Notes under the pieces: model-generated
The model's database searches: none
Told to the model about the DNA's origin: nothing
What the model saw: only the letters and a program-made list of their open reading frames with translations
In this document: positions 21,598 through 31,950 of the stretch, one piece after another
How the letters are laid out: each line of letters starts with the position of its first letter
Position numbering within the stretch: position 1 is the first letter of the stretch
Made by a program: the position numbers and the translations under genes
Assembly (NCBI GenBank): GCA_965205505.1
Contig: CBDBHB010000009.1
Location: 480,001 to 544,000 of the forward strand
Reading direction: 5' to 3'
DNA from: Acidobacteriota bacterium
Lineage (GTDB): Bacteria; Acidobacteriota; UBA890; WLXD01
Length of the DNA stretch: 64,000 bases

Positions 21598-21759
21598 CAG
21601 GTTGGCGCTCGGCCAACCTCGCGCTTCGATCCTGTGCCGCATCTCGCTTGCGTATCCTTACGGCGCGACGAAGCGGCAGAGTAGGCTTGGCGCGGCTGGG
21701 GCTATCTGACGGCCATGTGACCGGCACAGCGTCGGCCGCCGATCCGCTCCGAGGAGACA

Positions 21760-23199
21760 GTGGTGAGTGTGCAACTGGGCCTGTTGATCGGCTACTCGGC
21801 GGCGTTGATCGTCATCGGCGCATGGGTTGGCCGGCGCGTCGGCAGCGCCCGACAGTTCTTCGTTGCCGGACGGCAGCTCGGGCCATTTCTGCTGTTCGCG
21901 ACCATCCTGGCGGCCAACATCGGCGCCGGTACCACAATGGGTGCTGCCAGCCTCGGATACCGTGACGGCGTCAGCGCCTGGTGGTGGGTCGGCTCGGCCG
22001 GCCTGGGCACGCTGCTGATGGCCTACTCGATCGGCCCCATAATTTGGCGACATGCGCGCAAGCACGACCTGCGGACCGTGGGTGACTATCTGGAGTGGCG
22101 ATACGGATCCGATGTGCGCGGTGTCACAGCGGTCCTTCTTTGGGTCGCCAGCCTGACGGCGTTGTCGGCTCAGTTGGTGGCGGTGGCGTTCGTGCTCAAC
22201 GTCGTCGCCGGCGTTCCAACCGCCGTTGGCTGTGTGCTCGGTGGCGTGGTGGTGACGACGTACTTTACCGCCGGCGGCCTGTTGACCTCGGCGTGGGTAA
22301 ACATGGTGCAGCTCGTAGTCTTGCTGACCGGCTTTGCGCTAGCGCTGCCGATTGCGATGACCGCGGCCGGTGGGTGGCAGTCGATCGTCGCGGCTGCACC
22401 GGTCGGCAACACGGACTTCTTCAGCTGGTCGCAGGGGGGAGCATCCGGCTGGCACTACATGACGTTGTTGATACCGCCATTCATGGTCTCGCCGGGGCTG
22501 TTGCAGAAGGTCTACGGAGCGCGCAGCGAGCGAACCGTTCGAATCGGCGTAGGAGCGAGCGCCTTGGGATTGCTGCTGTTCGCAGCTGTTCCGCCGCTGT
22601 TCGGGATGCTGGCGCGCGTTTACGACCCGGCGCTGACCGGCAATGCGATCAACATGGCTCTGCCCGTGGTGTTGACGGTGGGGCTGCCGCTGGCGATCGG
22701 CACCGTAGGGTTGGCGGCCGTCTTTTCCGCCGAGGTGAGCTCGGCGGACGCCGTGCTCTTCATGCTGTCCACCTCGTTGTCCGAGGATCTCTATCACAGG
22801 TTCCTGGCGCCGGATGCTGGGGAGCACCAGGTGTTGAAGATGGCGCGTCTCGGCGCCATCGCAGGCGGAGTGCTCGCCACGATGTTGGCCATCGCGCTGG
22901 GTTCGGTGATCGAATCCATCACCATTTTCTACTCGCTGTTGTCCATGAGCCTATTTGTTCCGATCGTTGGCGGGGTGTATTGGGCGCGGGCGGGCAGCCG
23001 TGATGCGATTGCGGCCATCGTCGTGGGAGTGGGAGTCTTCGTCGTTGCCCGATACGTCGCTGACATTCCCACCACCGGTTTGTGGAATCCTAACTTCGTC
23101 GGGCTGCTAGCATCCGCCGTGGCGTTCGCGGCCTCGGTATGGCTAACCACCGACCGCCGGTCGGGGGCACCACCTGAGGAGAGGAAACTAGATGTTTGA
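21760..23199 (+). CDS. Sodium:solute symporter
   Basis: FFVAGRQLG, TVGDYLEWRYG, AAVFSAEVSSADA; about 13 TM segments. Confidence 0.9.
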   Translation: MVSVQLGLLIGYSAALIVIGAWVGRRVGSARQFFVAGRQLGPFLLFATILAANIGAGTTMGAASLGYRDGVSAWWWVGSAGLGTLLMAYSIGPIIWRHARKHDLRTVGDYLEWRYGSDVRGVTAVLLWVASLTALSAQLVAVAFVLNVVAGVPTAVGCVLGGVVVTTYFTAGGLLTSAWVNMVQLVVLLTGFALALPIAMTAAGGWQSIVAAAPVGNTDFFSWSQGGASGWHYMTLLIPPFMVSPGLLQKVYGARSERTVRIGVGASALGLLLFAAVPPLFGMLARVYDPALTGNAINMALPVVLTVGLPLAIGTVGLAAVFSAEVSSADAVLFMLSTSLSEDLYHRFLAPDAGEHQVLKMARLGAIAGGVLATMLAIALGSVIESITIFYSLLSMSLFVPIVGGVYWARAGSRDAIAAIVVGVGVFVVARYVADIPTTGLWNPNFVGLLASAVAFAASVWLTTDRRSGAPPEERKLDV

Positions 23200-24934
23200 T
23201 CGGAGGCACTTCGTGGGCTTGTTCGCGGGCACGGCTTTCGCCAGCACTCGGTTGCCCGGAGCGCTCTGGGAGGCGGTGCAAGACGAGCCGGAATCGCCGA
23301 TCACCGTCGGCATGATCGAGGGCGCGGAGCAGATCGCGGGTCTGGAGATGACGCCGGACGAGCGCGAGATGATGCGTTCAGGTCTGGGTCGCTATCTCGA
23401 GTCGTACCGCGCCCTGCGTAGCATCGAGATTCCCAATGCGGTGCCGCCGGCCCTCGGCTTCGAGCCCGACATGCCTGGTGTGGGTGCAACACTGCCCGAG
23501 GGGCCGGATCGCGTGCGTCCGACACGCTGGCAGAGGGTAGGGCGGCCTGCCGATAGCGACGAGCTGGCGTTCATGCCGGTCACCCGGCTGGCCCGCTTGC
23601 TGCGCAGCCGAAAGGTCAGCTCAACCGAGCTGACGGACATCTATCTGCAGCGTTTGCAGCGCTACGACCCGGCGCTGCTCTTCACAGTCAGCCTCACCGC
23701 CGAGCGCGCCCAGCGCCAGGCCCGAGTCGCCGATCGTGAGATCGCAGCGGGCAACTACCGCGGGCCGCTACACGGTATTCCCTGGGGCGCCAAGGATCTG
23801 TTGGCGGTGAAGGGGTATCCGACCACCTGGGGAGCGGCTCCGTACCGCGAGCAGGTGATCTCCGAGGACGCCACCGTCGTGCGCCGCCTCGACGAGGCCG
23901 GTGCCGTGCTGGTTGCCAAGCTGACCTTGGGGGCGCTGGCGATGGGTGACTACTGGTTCGGCGGCCGCACCCGCAACCCATGGAATTCAGAGGAGGGGTC
24001 CAGCGGGTCGTCGGCCGGCCCCGGTTCAGCTACGGCCGCCGGCTGTGTGGGGTTCGGAATCGGTACCGAGACGCGCGGCAGCATCGTATCGCCAAGCACG
24101 CGCAATGGCGTGTCGGGCTTCCGACCCACGTTCGGTCGCGTCAGCCGCGCCGGCGCCATGGCGCTGTCGTGGAGCATGGACAAGATCGGCCCGATGTGCC
24201 GTAGCGTCGAGGACTGTGCCCTGGTCTTCGCAGCGATCCACGGGGCGGATGGTATTGACCCGAGCGCCCGCGACGTGCCGTTCTCGTGGGACGCGTACCG
24301 TGACGTGCAAGGCCTTCGGATCGGGTATCTGGAGGCGGCCTTCGAGGAGGACGACGACTACGCGAATCGCGCCTTCGATCTGGAGACGTTGCGGGTTCTT
24401 CGAGAGGATCTCGGAGTGTACATGGAGCCGGTGCAGATGCCCGACTTGCCGGTCGAGGCGATCGGCTTCGTGCTCATGGCCGAGGCTGCCGCGGCGTTCG
24501 ATGACCTCACACGCAGCGGTCGGGACGACGAGCTTACGCGGCAAACGCGCGGCTCGTGGCCGAACTCGTTTCGCACCGCCCGGCTGATTCCGGCCGTTGA
24601 GTACATTCAGGCGAACCGCGCCCGGACGCTATACATGCGGCAGTTCGCCGAGGCGCTCCGGGGCTTCGATGTCGTGGTCGCTCCGTCGTTCCGCAACGGT
24701 GTGGTCGGAGCCACGAACCTGACCGGGCATCCGTGCGTAGTGGTGCCGAACGGCTTCGAGGACGACGGCACGCCGGTCAGTATCTCGTTCATCGGCAATC
24801 TGTACCGCGATTCCGAAGCGCTGACGGTGGCGCACGCTTACCAGCAGGCGACCGATTTCCACCGGCGGCATCCGATTCTCGAAAGCTTGCCGGTCATCCT
24901 CACCACCCCGCCGACGTCCCGCAAGAGTTCATGA
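23192..24934 (+). CDS. Amidase-signature family enzyme with Tat-like leader
   Basis: RRHFVG; GPLHGIPWGAKDL, GSSGSSAG, GTETRGSI. Confidence 0.92.
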   Translation: MFDRRHFVGLFAGTAFASTRLPGALWEAVQDEPESPITVGMIEGAEQIAGLEMTPDEREMMRSGLGRYLESYRALRSIEIPNAVPPALGFEPDMPGVGATLPEGPDRVRPTRWQRVGRPADSDELAFMPVTRLARLLRSRKVSSTELTDIYLQRLQRYDPALLFTVSLTAERAQRQARVADREIAAGNYRGPLHGIPWGAKDLLAVKGYPTTWGAAPYREQVISEDATVVRRLDEAGAVLVAKLTLGALAMGDYWFGGRTRNPWNSEEGSSGSSAGPGSATAAGCVGFGIGTETRGSIVSPSTRNGVSGFRPTFGRVSRAGAMALSWSMDKIGPMCRSVEDCALVFAAIHGADGIDPSARDVPFSWDAYRDVQGLRIGYLEAAFEEDDDYANRAFDLETLRVLREDLGVYMEPVQMPDLPVEAIGFVLMAEAAAAFDDLTRSGRDDELTRQTRGSWPNSFRTARLIPAVEYIQANRARTLYMRQFAEALRGFDVVVAPSFRNGVVGATNLTGHPCVVVPNGFEDDGTPVSISFIGNLYRDSEALTVAHAYQQATDFHRRHPILESLPVILTTPPTSRKSS

Positions 24935-25959
24935 GTCCACAGGATCGAGAGAGTCAGATCCGCACGATCTGTCTGATCATCCTGACGGCGTTTGCCATCG
25001 GGGTAGTGCTCTATTGGTTGCGCCCGGTACTCGTGCCGGTCGTTCTAGCGGTGTTCGTGACCGTCGCGATGATGCCGTTGATCGACGTGCAAACGAGATC
25101 ATTGCGGGTGCCGTTGCCGCTGGCGGTGGCCAGCTCGGTAGTGTTTACCGTGCTGCTGCTCATGCTGGTGGGAATCATCGTGTCGGTGTCCGTAACGCGG
25201 CTCGTCGGCAACGTCGGCCTCTACCAGCAACAGATCGGACTACTGATCTCCAGCGCCCTGGATCGAATGCCGCTCGAGCAACTCGGGATCGATGAGTCGT
25301 ACCTGCTCAGACAGATGCCCAGCCAGGTAGGCGCGGCGCTGCTCGGCACCGGCAACGCCTTGATCGACATTCTCTCCAATGGGTTCCTGGTCGTCGTCTT
25401 CGTGATCTTTCTGTTGATCGGGCGCAGCGGCCAGGCGCCCACGAGCGCGGTGTTGGCGGAGGTCGAAGAGCGCGTCAAACTCTACGTCGGCGTCAAGTTC
25501 TTGATCTCGCTGGCGACGGCGTTCTCGGTCGGCACGGTGCTGCAGTTGCTCGGCATCCCGTTCGCCCTGATGTTTGGGCTGCTGGTCTTCTTATTGAATT
25601 TTATTCCCAGCGTCGGCTCGGTGATCGCGACGTTGCTGCCTCTGCCGGTCGTCCTGGTGCAGCCGGAGATCTCGAGCACGGCGGCGGTGCTCGCGATCGC
25701 TCTTCCCGCGGCCATCCAGATCATCATGGGCAACTTCATCGAGCCCAGGATTTACGGCGAATCACTGGACCTTCACCCCGTCGTAACGCTGATGTCGTTG
25801 GTCCTTTGGGGAACGCTCTGGGGGATCGTCGGAATGTTCCTCGCCGCGCCGATGGCGGCAGTGATCAAGATCTTCCTGGCACGTCTCGAGCACACGGCGC
25901 CGATCGCCGAGGCGATGGGCGGGCGGCTCGGCGCTCTCTTCGGTGACGAAACGACATAG
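24931..25959 (+). CDS. AI-2E family transporter
   Basis: FLLNFIPSVGS, GNFIEPRIYGESLDLHP, WGTLWGIVGMFLAAP; ATGA overlap with the amidase. Confidence 0.9.
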   Translation: MSPQDRESQIRTICLIILTAFAIGVVLYWLRPVLVPVVLAVFVTVAMMPLIDVQTRSLRVPLPLAVASSVVFTVLLLMLVGIIVSVSVTRLVGNVGLYQQQIGLLISSALDRMPLEQLGIDESYLLRQMPSQVGAALLGTGNALIDILSNGFLVVVFVIFLLIGRSGQAPTSAVLAEVEERVKLYVGVKFLISLATAFSVGTVLQLLGIPFALMFGLLVFLLNFIPSVGSVIATLLPLPVVLVQPEISSTAAVLAIALPAAIQIIMGNFIEPRIYGESLDLHPVVTLMSLVLWGTLWGIVGMFLAAPMAAVIKIFLARLEHTAPIAEAMGGRLGALFGDETT

Positions 25960-26007
25960 CGGTTTCGGGCATTGCTGCAGCTGCCGAGCCCAACAGGAGA
26001 GGTGTGA

Positions 26008-26610
26008 ATGCTTCAGCTGTATGACAACGCGGTCTCTGGCAACGCCTACAAGGTACGCCTGATGCTCGCCCATCTCGAACTGCCGTACGAGCGCATTCCG
26101 ATCAGCGTTACGGATCGCAGCAATCGCGAGGAGCTCTTCGCCGGCAAGAATCCTGCGCTACGTATTCCCGTCCTGCGGCTCGAAGACGGCCGCTTCCTGG
26201 GCGAGTCCAACGCCATCATCTGGTATCTCGCCGAACGCACCCCCTACTTGCCTGATGGTCGCTACGAGCGCGCGCAGGTCCTGCAATGGATGTTCTACGA
26301 GCAGTATGACCACGAGCCCGCTGTCGCAGTAGCGCGTTTCCTCTTGCACTATGGCGACGACCCGGAGCGCCACGCCGACCTCATAGCCCAGAAGCAAGAG
26401 CTCGGACGAAAGGCGCTACGCACAATGGATCGCCGCCTGGCCGAGTCCGAGTTCGTCGCTGGCGCTACCTACTCCATTGCCGACGTCGCCCTTTACGCCT
26501 ACACGCACGTCGCCGATGAGGCGGGCATCGACCTGCACGAGCACCCCAACGTCGAGTCGTGGATTGCTCGGGTCGCCGCGCAGCCAGGACATGTGACGAT
26601 CGACGCCTGA
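26008..26610 (+). CDS. Glutathione S-transferase family protein
   Basis: SGNAYKVRL, NPALRIPVL, ESNAII, YSIADVALYAYTH. Confidence 0.92.
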   Translation: MLQLYDNAVSGNAYKVRLMLAHLELPYERIPISVTDRSNREELFAGKNPALRIPVLRLEDGRFLGESNAIIWYLAERTPYLPDGRYERAQVLQWMFYEQYDHEPAVAVARFLLHYGDDPERHADLIAQKQELGRKALRTMDRRLAESEFVAGATYSIADVALYAYTHVADEAGIDLHEHPNVESWIARVAAQPGHVTIDA

Positions 26611-26638
26611 CGGCGGGGACGTCCGGTCGGCTATGGCC

Positions 26639-29332
26639 TCAGCTCTTCAATGCGTCGACCGAATCGACTCGGGTAGCGCGTAGCGCCGGAGAAAGGCAAG
26701 CTGCGGTCGCCACGGCGAGCAGCGTGAGTGCTACGGATAGAACCGTCACCGGATCGCCCGGAGCAACGCCGTAGAGCAAGCCGGCGAGCAGCCTCGACAC
26801 GGCGAGACTGGCCGCGGTACCAAAAACGACGCCGAGTACCGTCATCCGGAGGCCGCCGCCGATTACCAGCGTCAGCACGTCTTGGCGATCGGCACCGAGG
26901 GCCATGCGCACGCCCATCTCCTGGGTGCGCCGCGATACCGTGTACGTCAACACGGCGTAGATTCCGGCGGTCCCGAGAATCAGCGCCAGGCCAGCGAAGA
27001 TCGCCAACAGTTGCATGGCGAAGCGCGATTGCCACATCAAGTTGCCGAGTCGCTGCTGCAGCGTTTCCACGCTATAGACGTTCATGCGCGTGCCGAGCGA
27101 CCAGATTGCCTGCTCTGCTGGCCGCAACATGCTCTCTGGAGCTTCGCGAGTGCGCGCCACCAGGTTCATGATCGGTAGCGGTAAATGCGCCGCGGACACG
27201 TACACCATGGGGAACGGTGCGGGGTCGGTGCCGGCACCTCGGACGTTGGCCACCAGACCGACGATCTCCCATTCCATGTCAGGAAAGCGTCGCAGCGTCG
27301 CGGCGGTTCCGGTCAACTCGGGGACGATGCGTTGTCCAATTGGGTCACGGTCGCCGAAATAGCGCCGCGCGAACTCCGCGTTGACCACCAGTACCGGTGC
27401 CGCCTCGACGGTGTCATATTGGTCGATCGTGCGGCCGCTCAGCAGCGCGATCCCCATGGTCTCGAAGTAGCCGCGCATCACGATACGCGCCACGACGTTG
27501 GGGTTGCGCGCCGCGTCGGGCGCATCGCCGGGCCCATGGAACCGGATCGGGGCATTGGCGAACTCGGGCGGCACGAAGCTCACAGCGCTGGCAGACTCGA
27601 TGCCCGGTAACTCCTCCAAGGCCGCTGCAGCCTGCTCGAAATGCGATGTCCAGGCTTCCGGATCGGGTCCGATGCGCAGCGAGTTGCGAAGCGTGATGAG
27701 CCGGTTGGCGTCGTAACCGAGCTCCACATTCTGCAGGTTGCGGAAGCTCTGAAGAAGCAAGCTCGCTCCCACCAGAAGCACCACCGAGACCGCTGTTTCG
27801 GTGATCACCAAGAGACCGCGCAGTCGTCCTGCGCGCCCGCCGGTGGTGCTGCCCCGACTCCCATCTTGGAGTGCCGAGGACAAAGTTTGGCGCCCGGCGA
27901 CGCGCGCCGGGGCCAGCGCCGCGACGATTCCTGTCAGAACGCACAGCACGGCAGCGAACCCGAGCACGGTGCTGTTGACTCCTACGTGCTCGAGGAACGG
28001 CACGGCGGCGAGCCCGCCGATGGTCGTCGACCCGCCCGCGCCGGTGCCGGGAATTAGCCGCAGGAGGACTGGCAGCGCCGCGAACGCGACGAGCACGCCC
28101 ACGCCACCGCCCAACGTGGCGAGCACCAACCCCTCGCTGACCATCTGTCGCAGCAGCCGTCCGCGGCCGGCTCCCAGGGCGCTTCGCAGCGCCACCTCGC
28201 GTGATCGCTCGATTGCGTGCGCCAGGCCGAGGTTGGCGACATTGGCGCATGCGATGAGCAGAACCAGCCCAACAGCCAGCAGCAAGAATCCGAAGGTCTG
28301 CCGGTAGGCGCCGACCGTATTGTCTCGAACCGGCGTGACCTTGACGCTCCAGCCGCTGTTGGACTCCGGCAATTCGGCCTCGGCGTCGGCAGCGATCGCC
28401 GACATCTCTTGCTGCGCCTGAGCTACCGTCACGCCGGGCTTGAGGCGCGCAAAGACTGCATTGTTGCGGGTCGCGCGGTCCTGCTCGCGGCCGGCGAAAA
28501 CGGTAGGCATCCACAGATCTGGTTGAACCGGTAGCTGATGCGTCGAGTAGAAGTCGGGGCGCAGGATACCGATCACGACGAAGGGCTCGTCATCGAGCAC
28601 AACCGTCTTGCCGATGAGGGCCGGGTCGCCGCCCAGGGACCGTTGCCAGATCCGGTGGCTGACGACGACAACCCCTGTACCGGTCGCGTCGCCCGCCTCG
28701 AACGTGCGCCCGAGGTACGGCTCGACCCCCAGCACGTCGAAGTAGTTTTCCGTAACCACGTGCGTCAACGGCACGAGCGGCTCGTCGAATTGCGTGAATG
28801 CCACGCTGTTGTTCGACAGGGCGGCCATGCCGGTGAACGACGAGGCGCGCGCCGTCCATGCCAAGAACTCGGCCGGGGGTGCTCCGGCAAAGGTCGTCAG
28901 TCCACGCCGGCTGCCGTCGCCCCACAGCAGCATGAGGCGGTCGGGCTCCGCGTACGGTAGGGGATGGAACAGCACCCCGTGGACGATGCTGAAGATGGCG
29001 GTGTTGGCACCGATACCAAGCGCCAGGGCGAAGACTGCTCCAGCGACGTATGCGGGCCGACGCACCAGGGCCCGCACCGCGTAGCGCAGATCCTGGGCAC
29101 TCCCCTCCACGAAGCTCGCCAAGGGTCGGCGGATGCCGCGGCGCAGTCCCAGGCGGATGGCGTCCTCGGCGGCGTTGAGCAGGCGTCGGGCGCGGAACAC
29201 GCGGCCATGGCCCTCGGCGCGGGCCTGCGCCAGCTCCCCCTCCCACTCTGCATACCAATCCTGACGACGCGCAGCTGGCACGACTCGGCGGAGGATTTGC
29301 AGCGAGTACAATCCGGCGATCCGCCTAGACAT
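26639..29332 (-). CDS. ADOP duplicated MacB/FtsX-type permease
   Basis: LALGIGANTAIFS, LLIACANVANL, RRTQEMGVRMALGA. Confidence 0.92.
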   Translation of the reverse strand: MSRRIAGLYSLQILRRVVPAARRQDWYAEWEGELAQARAEGHGRVFRARRLLNAAEDAIRLGLRRGIRRPLASFVEGSAQDLRYAVRALVRRPAYVAGAVFALALGIGANTAIFSIVHGVLFHPLPYAEPDRLMLLWGDGSRRGLTTFAGAPPAEFLAWTARASSFTGMAALSNNSVAFTQFDEPLVPLTHVVTENYFDVLGVEPYLGRTFEAGDATGTGVVVVSHRIWQRSLGGDPALIGKTVVLDDEPFVVIGILRPDFYSTHQLPVQPDLWMPTVFAGREQDRATRNNAVFARLKPGVTVAQAQQEMSAIAADAEAELPESNSGWSVKVTPVRDNTVGAYRQTFGFLLLAVGLVLLIACANVANLGLAHAIERSREVALRSALGAGRGRLLRQMVSEGLVLATLGGGVGVLVAFAALPVLLRLIPGTGAGGSTTIGGLAAVPFLEHVGVNSTVLGFAAVLCVLTGIVAALAPARVAGRQTLSSALQDGSRGSTTGGRAGRLRGLLVITETAVSVVLLVGASLLLQSFRNLQNVELGYDANRLITLRNSLRIGPDPEAWTSHFEQAAAALEELPGIESASAVSFVPPEFANAPIRFHGPGDAPDAARNPNVVARIVMRGYFETMGIALLSGRTIDQYDTVEAAPVLVVNAEFARRYFGDRDPIGQRIVPELTGTAATLRRFPDMEWEIVGLVANVRGAGTDPAPFPMVYVSAAHLPLPIMNLVARTREAPESMLRPAEQAIWSLGTRMNVYSVETLQQRLGNLMWQSRFAMQLLAIFAGLALILGTAGIYAVLTYTVSRRTQEMGVRMALGADRQDVLTLVIGGGLRMTVLGVVFGTAASLAVSRLLAGLLYGVAPGDPVTVLSVALTLLAVATAACLSPALRATRVDSVDALKS

Positions 29333-29660
29333 GCTGTCGCTCGCCCGCCGAGGCGAGATGCTGGGCTGGGAAACGGTCCCGAGCCTGGGCGATAAGCGGC
29401 GTGGCGCGCCTCGTGAGCTCGTAGTACTTGCGAGCCGGTCGGTTGCTCGAGCGTGTTACGCGCACCGGTTCCCAGCGCGATCGAAGCATACCGGCCTCCT
29501 CGAGTCGTCGCAGCAGCGGATAAACGGTCCCGCTGCGTACGCCCACCACCTCGATGATCTCGAAACCGTATCGATAGCCGGCGTCGAGCGCTTGCAACAC
29601 CATGGCGGTGGCGTATGTCATACGCATCGCCTGCTCTCCGGTGAGTGCTTCGGCTGTCAT
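29325..29660 (-). CDS. PadR family regulator
   Basis: YGFEII..GTVYPLLRRLE..RPARKYYELT. Confidence 0.88.
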   Translation of the reverse strand: MTAEALTGEQAMRMTYATAMVLQALDAGYRYGFEIIEVVGVRSGTVYPLLRRLEEAGMLRSRWEPVRVTRSSNRPARKYYELTRRATPLIAQARDRFPAQHLASAGERQHV

Positions 29661-30844
29661 CGTTCGGTGTCTGGCGTCGCCTCGGCGTCGGGCAGCCGCG
29701 CGACAAACCCCCATCCGAAGCGTAGGTCGTCGCTTACTGCCAGCACGAGCTCATTGGTGCCAACGCGCAGTGGTAGGAAGACGGTATCGTTGCCCAGGGC
29801 CACATGTCCAAGATAACCAGGATAGCGGCTTTGCCAGCTGTTAATGCCGGAGTACAGCGGCCTGCCGTTGAGAAACACCGTGACCTCGTCGCTATAGCCA
29901 ATGTCCATCCGCGCCAGGTACTCGCGCTCGGCCTCAATCGAGGTGCGAGCGAGGGCGGTCCATCGCCCGCGGCCCGGGCGTCCAAGCAGTCGGTTGAGGT
30001 TTACCAGGCCCGACTCCTCGGTCTCTGCTGATTGCCAGCCGGTGCCCGGCGGTATCGTCGCGACCGTCCCGTCGGCCGTCTGGAACGTGTCTGAGACCTG
30101 CCACTGCCTAATCAGGCCGGTGGACTCGACCGGTTCCTCAGCGGCTGGCGTGTCGAGAGCCGGGGCAGGAGTAACACGGATACGCGATAGCACCGCCGCC
30201 CAGGTATCGGGCTCGTTGTTCACCCGTGCCCAGAAACCGACCGCCCCTTGCGGTGACAAGCCACGCAAGCGCGATACCTGCAGCGCAGGCTCGACGCCGT
30301 CGTTGACGAACAGCTCCATGCGCATGCCGTTAACCTCAATGCGGATGTGTGTCCATTCCTTGCGTGGCAGCTCGGCGCCGGTCTGAAACTCCGGGCACAG
30401 CTGCCATGTCGACCCGTTGATTCGCGGAGCGTACTGGACAGCATCGAACTCGCCACTCTTGAAGGGTCGCAGGTAGACGTTCTCTTGGTTCTGAAAGGCC
30501 GTGCGACGAAACATCACGGCGGCGAAATGGCCGGCATCGGTGGGCGCTACGTCGAACTCGATGGTGCCAGAGGTGAAATCGGTGTCAGCAAGGACAACAT
30601 GGGTGTTGTTGCGCAACCACAACCCCTCCCTGCCGAGAAACGGTGCAACCCGCGCGTCCTGTGGCCGGTCGAATCGGGGGTTGTTGATGATCAGCTTCCA
30701 GCGGCCGTCTGATCCCTCTACGTCGAGGGTCTCGACAGCAGGCTGGGCTTGGCCAAGGGGCGGCGGCGCACTGTTCAGGCCAGCGAGGAGACACCCGACC
30801 GCGGCGAGTCTCGTCACCGACCGTCGGCCGGATGTGTTTCGCAT
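29657..30844 (-). CDS. Secreted hypothetical protein (DUF1080-like lectin fold plus beta-sandwich)
   Basis: Signal peptide; GTIEFDV, ENVYLRPF, WTHIRIEV; translationally coupled to padR. Confidence 0.6.
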   Translation of the reverse strand: MRNTSGRRSVTRLAAVGCLLAGLNSAPPPLGQAQPAVETLDVEGSDGRWKLIINNPRFDRPQDARVAPFLGREGLWLRNNTHVVLADTDFTSGTIEFDVAPTDAGHFAAVMFRRTAFQNQENVYLRPFKSGEFDAVQYAPRINGSTWQLCPEFQTGAELPRKEWTHIRIEVNGMRMELFVNDGVEPALQVSRLRGLSPQGAVGFWARVNNEPDTWAAVLSRIRVTPAPALDTPAAEEPVESTGLIRQWQVSDTFQTADGTVATIPPGTGWQSAETEESGLVNLNRLLGRPGRGRWTALARTSIEAEREYLARMDIGYSDEVTVFLNGRPLYSGINSWQSRYPGYLGHVALGNDTVFLPLRVGTNELVLAVSDDLRFGWGFVARLPDAEATPDTER

Positions 30845-30914
30845 TGTCGTCGATCCTCGGGGAGCGAGGATGTGTCGGCTGCCGCGGCCCCCGAACTCGC
30901 CAGGTGCGCAGCTT

Positions 30915-30946
30915 ATCTATCTAAGTCTAAATCGACATAGATAGAT
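30915..30946. promoter_or_regulatory. Palindromic operator upstream of the hypothetical-padR-ADOP operon
   Basis: ATCTATCTA.GTC-N6-GAC.TAGATAGAT, AT-rich island in GC-rich DNA. Confidence 0.65.
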
Positions 30947-30953
30947 TTGCATG

Positions 30954-31286
30954 TCACCCGTCGCGTGAGATTCTGACTACTCGGGGGTGCGGCTTTCGGC
31001 GAGGAGCGCGTCGACCTTGTATGAACAGGTCGTCGCCGCGGACATCCAACGCCCGCCCGCGACCGTGTCGGTCGAGCAGCAGATTGGTCGGCAACCGGTC
31101 GATGCCGAACTCCAGCGCGATGGTGCCGTCCAAGGCGTGCGCGTCGAGGTTGATCAGAGCCCGCACGAGTTGGGCCCGATTAACGCTCCGTTGAGCAGCG
31201 CTGGTCGCTGCCGCGACCGTCAAACCAACCATGGCGATAACCAGACCGGTGACCAGACGGGCGCTGTCGGGGCGGGCGTTGCGCAT
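30954..31286 (-). pseudogene. Internally deleted TlpA/thioredoxin-like gene remnant
   Basis: Signal peptide joined to FGIDRLPTNLLLDRHG..DVRGDDL tail; no CxxC. Confidence 0.45.
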
Positions 31287-31528
31287 TAGCAGTCGATCCG
31301 CGCTTCGAGACGGATGATAGGAGGGAAACGTGGCCCGCATACGTAGCTCGCATCACGAAGGGGCCGCGATCCAGGTCACCCTGGCATTGATCGGTGATGT
31401 TCCGACTCGAAGGCTGCAACACCAACAGTCGGCCGTTCGAGAGCAGTGGCCTGGAAGCCGAGACATCCGCGGTCAGGAACGGCCGTGAGGCCTCGATGTC
31501 GGGAGGCCTGCCGCGGACGCAGTCTACG

Positions 31529-31768
31529 TCAGGTGACGTCCTTCAACGTGAGGCCGTTCTTCTTCAGGTAGCGCAGCAAGCCGTCGCGGTCGATGCTCTT
31601 GAGCGCCGTGGTCGACAGCTTGAGGCGTACCGACCTTCCGAGCTCGGGTATCCACACTTTCTTGCGCGCCAGGTTCGGGCGGAACCACCGCTTGGTGCGG
31701 TTGTTCGCATGCGAGACATTGTTGCCCGAGCGGGGCCCCTTACCAGTTATCGCACACCTTCTGGCCAT
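31529..31768 (-). CDS. rpmB: 50S ribosomal protein L28
   Basis: [33 protein letters not shown]. Confidence 0.96.
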   Translation of the reverse strand: MARRCAITGKGPRSGNNVSHANNRTKRWFRPNLARKKVWIPELGRSVRLKLSTTALKSIDRDGLLRYLKKNGLTLKDVT

Positions 31769-31897
31769 GATTTTGATCTCTGAAATCATTCGGATGTTGC
31801 CGTGATCATCCGGGCGCTCACAGACAAGGAGCGTCACCGGAACGGCGAGAAACGCAAGGATAGCACAGCGACCCGCGTTCAGTGCGGGCCGTTGCGT

Positions 31898-31923
31898 GCC
31901 ACACTTCCACCACGGCCTGCTAG
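31898..31923 (-). repeat. Solo family B terminus
   Basis: GCCACACTTCCACCACGGCCTGCTAG is the exact reverse complement of 36636-36661. Confidence 0.8.
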
Positions 31924-31950
31924 GTAACCCCGTCCCCTGGCTGCTCAAGG

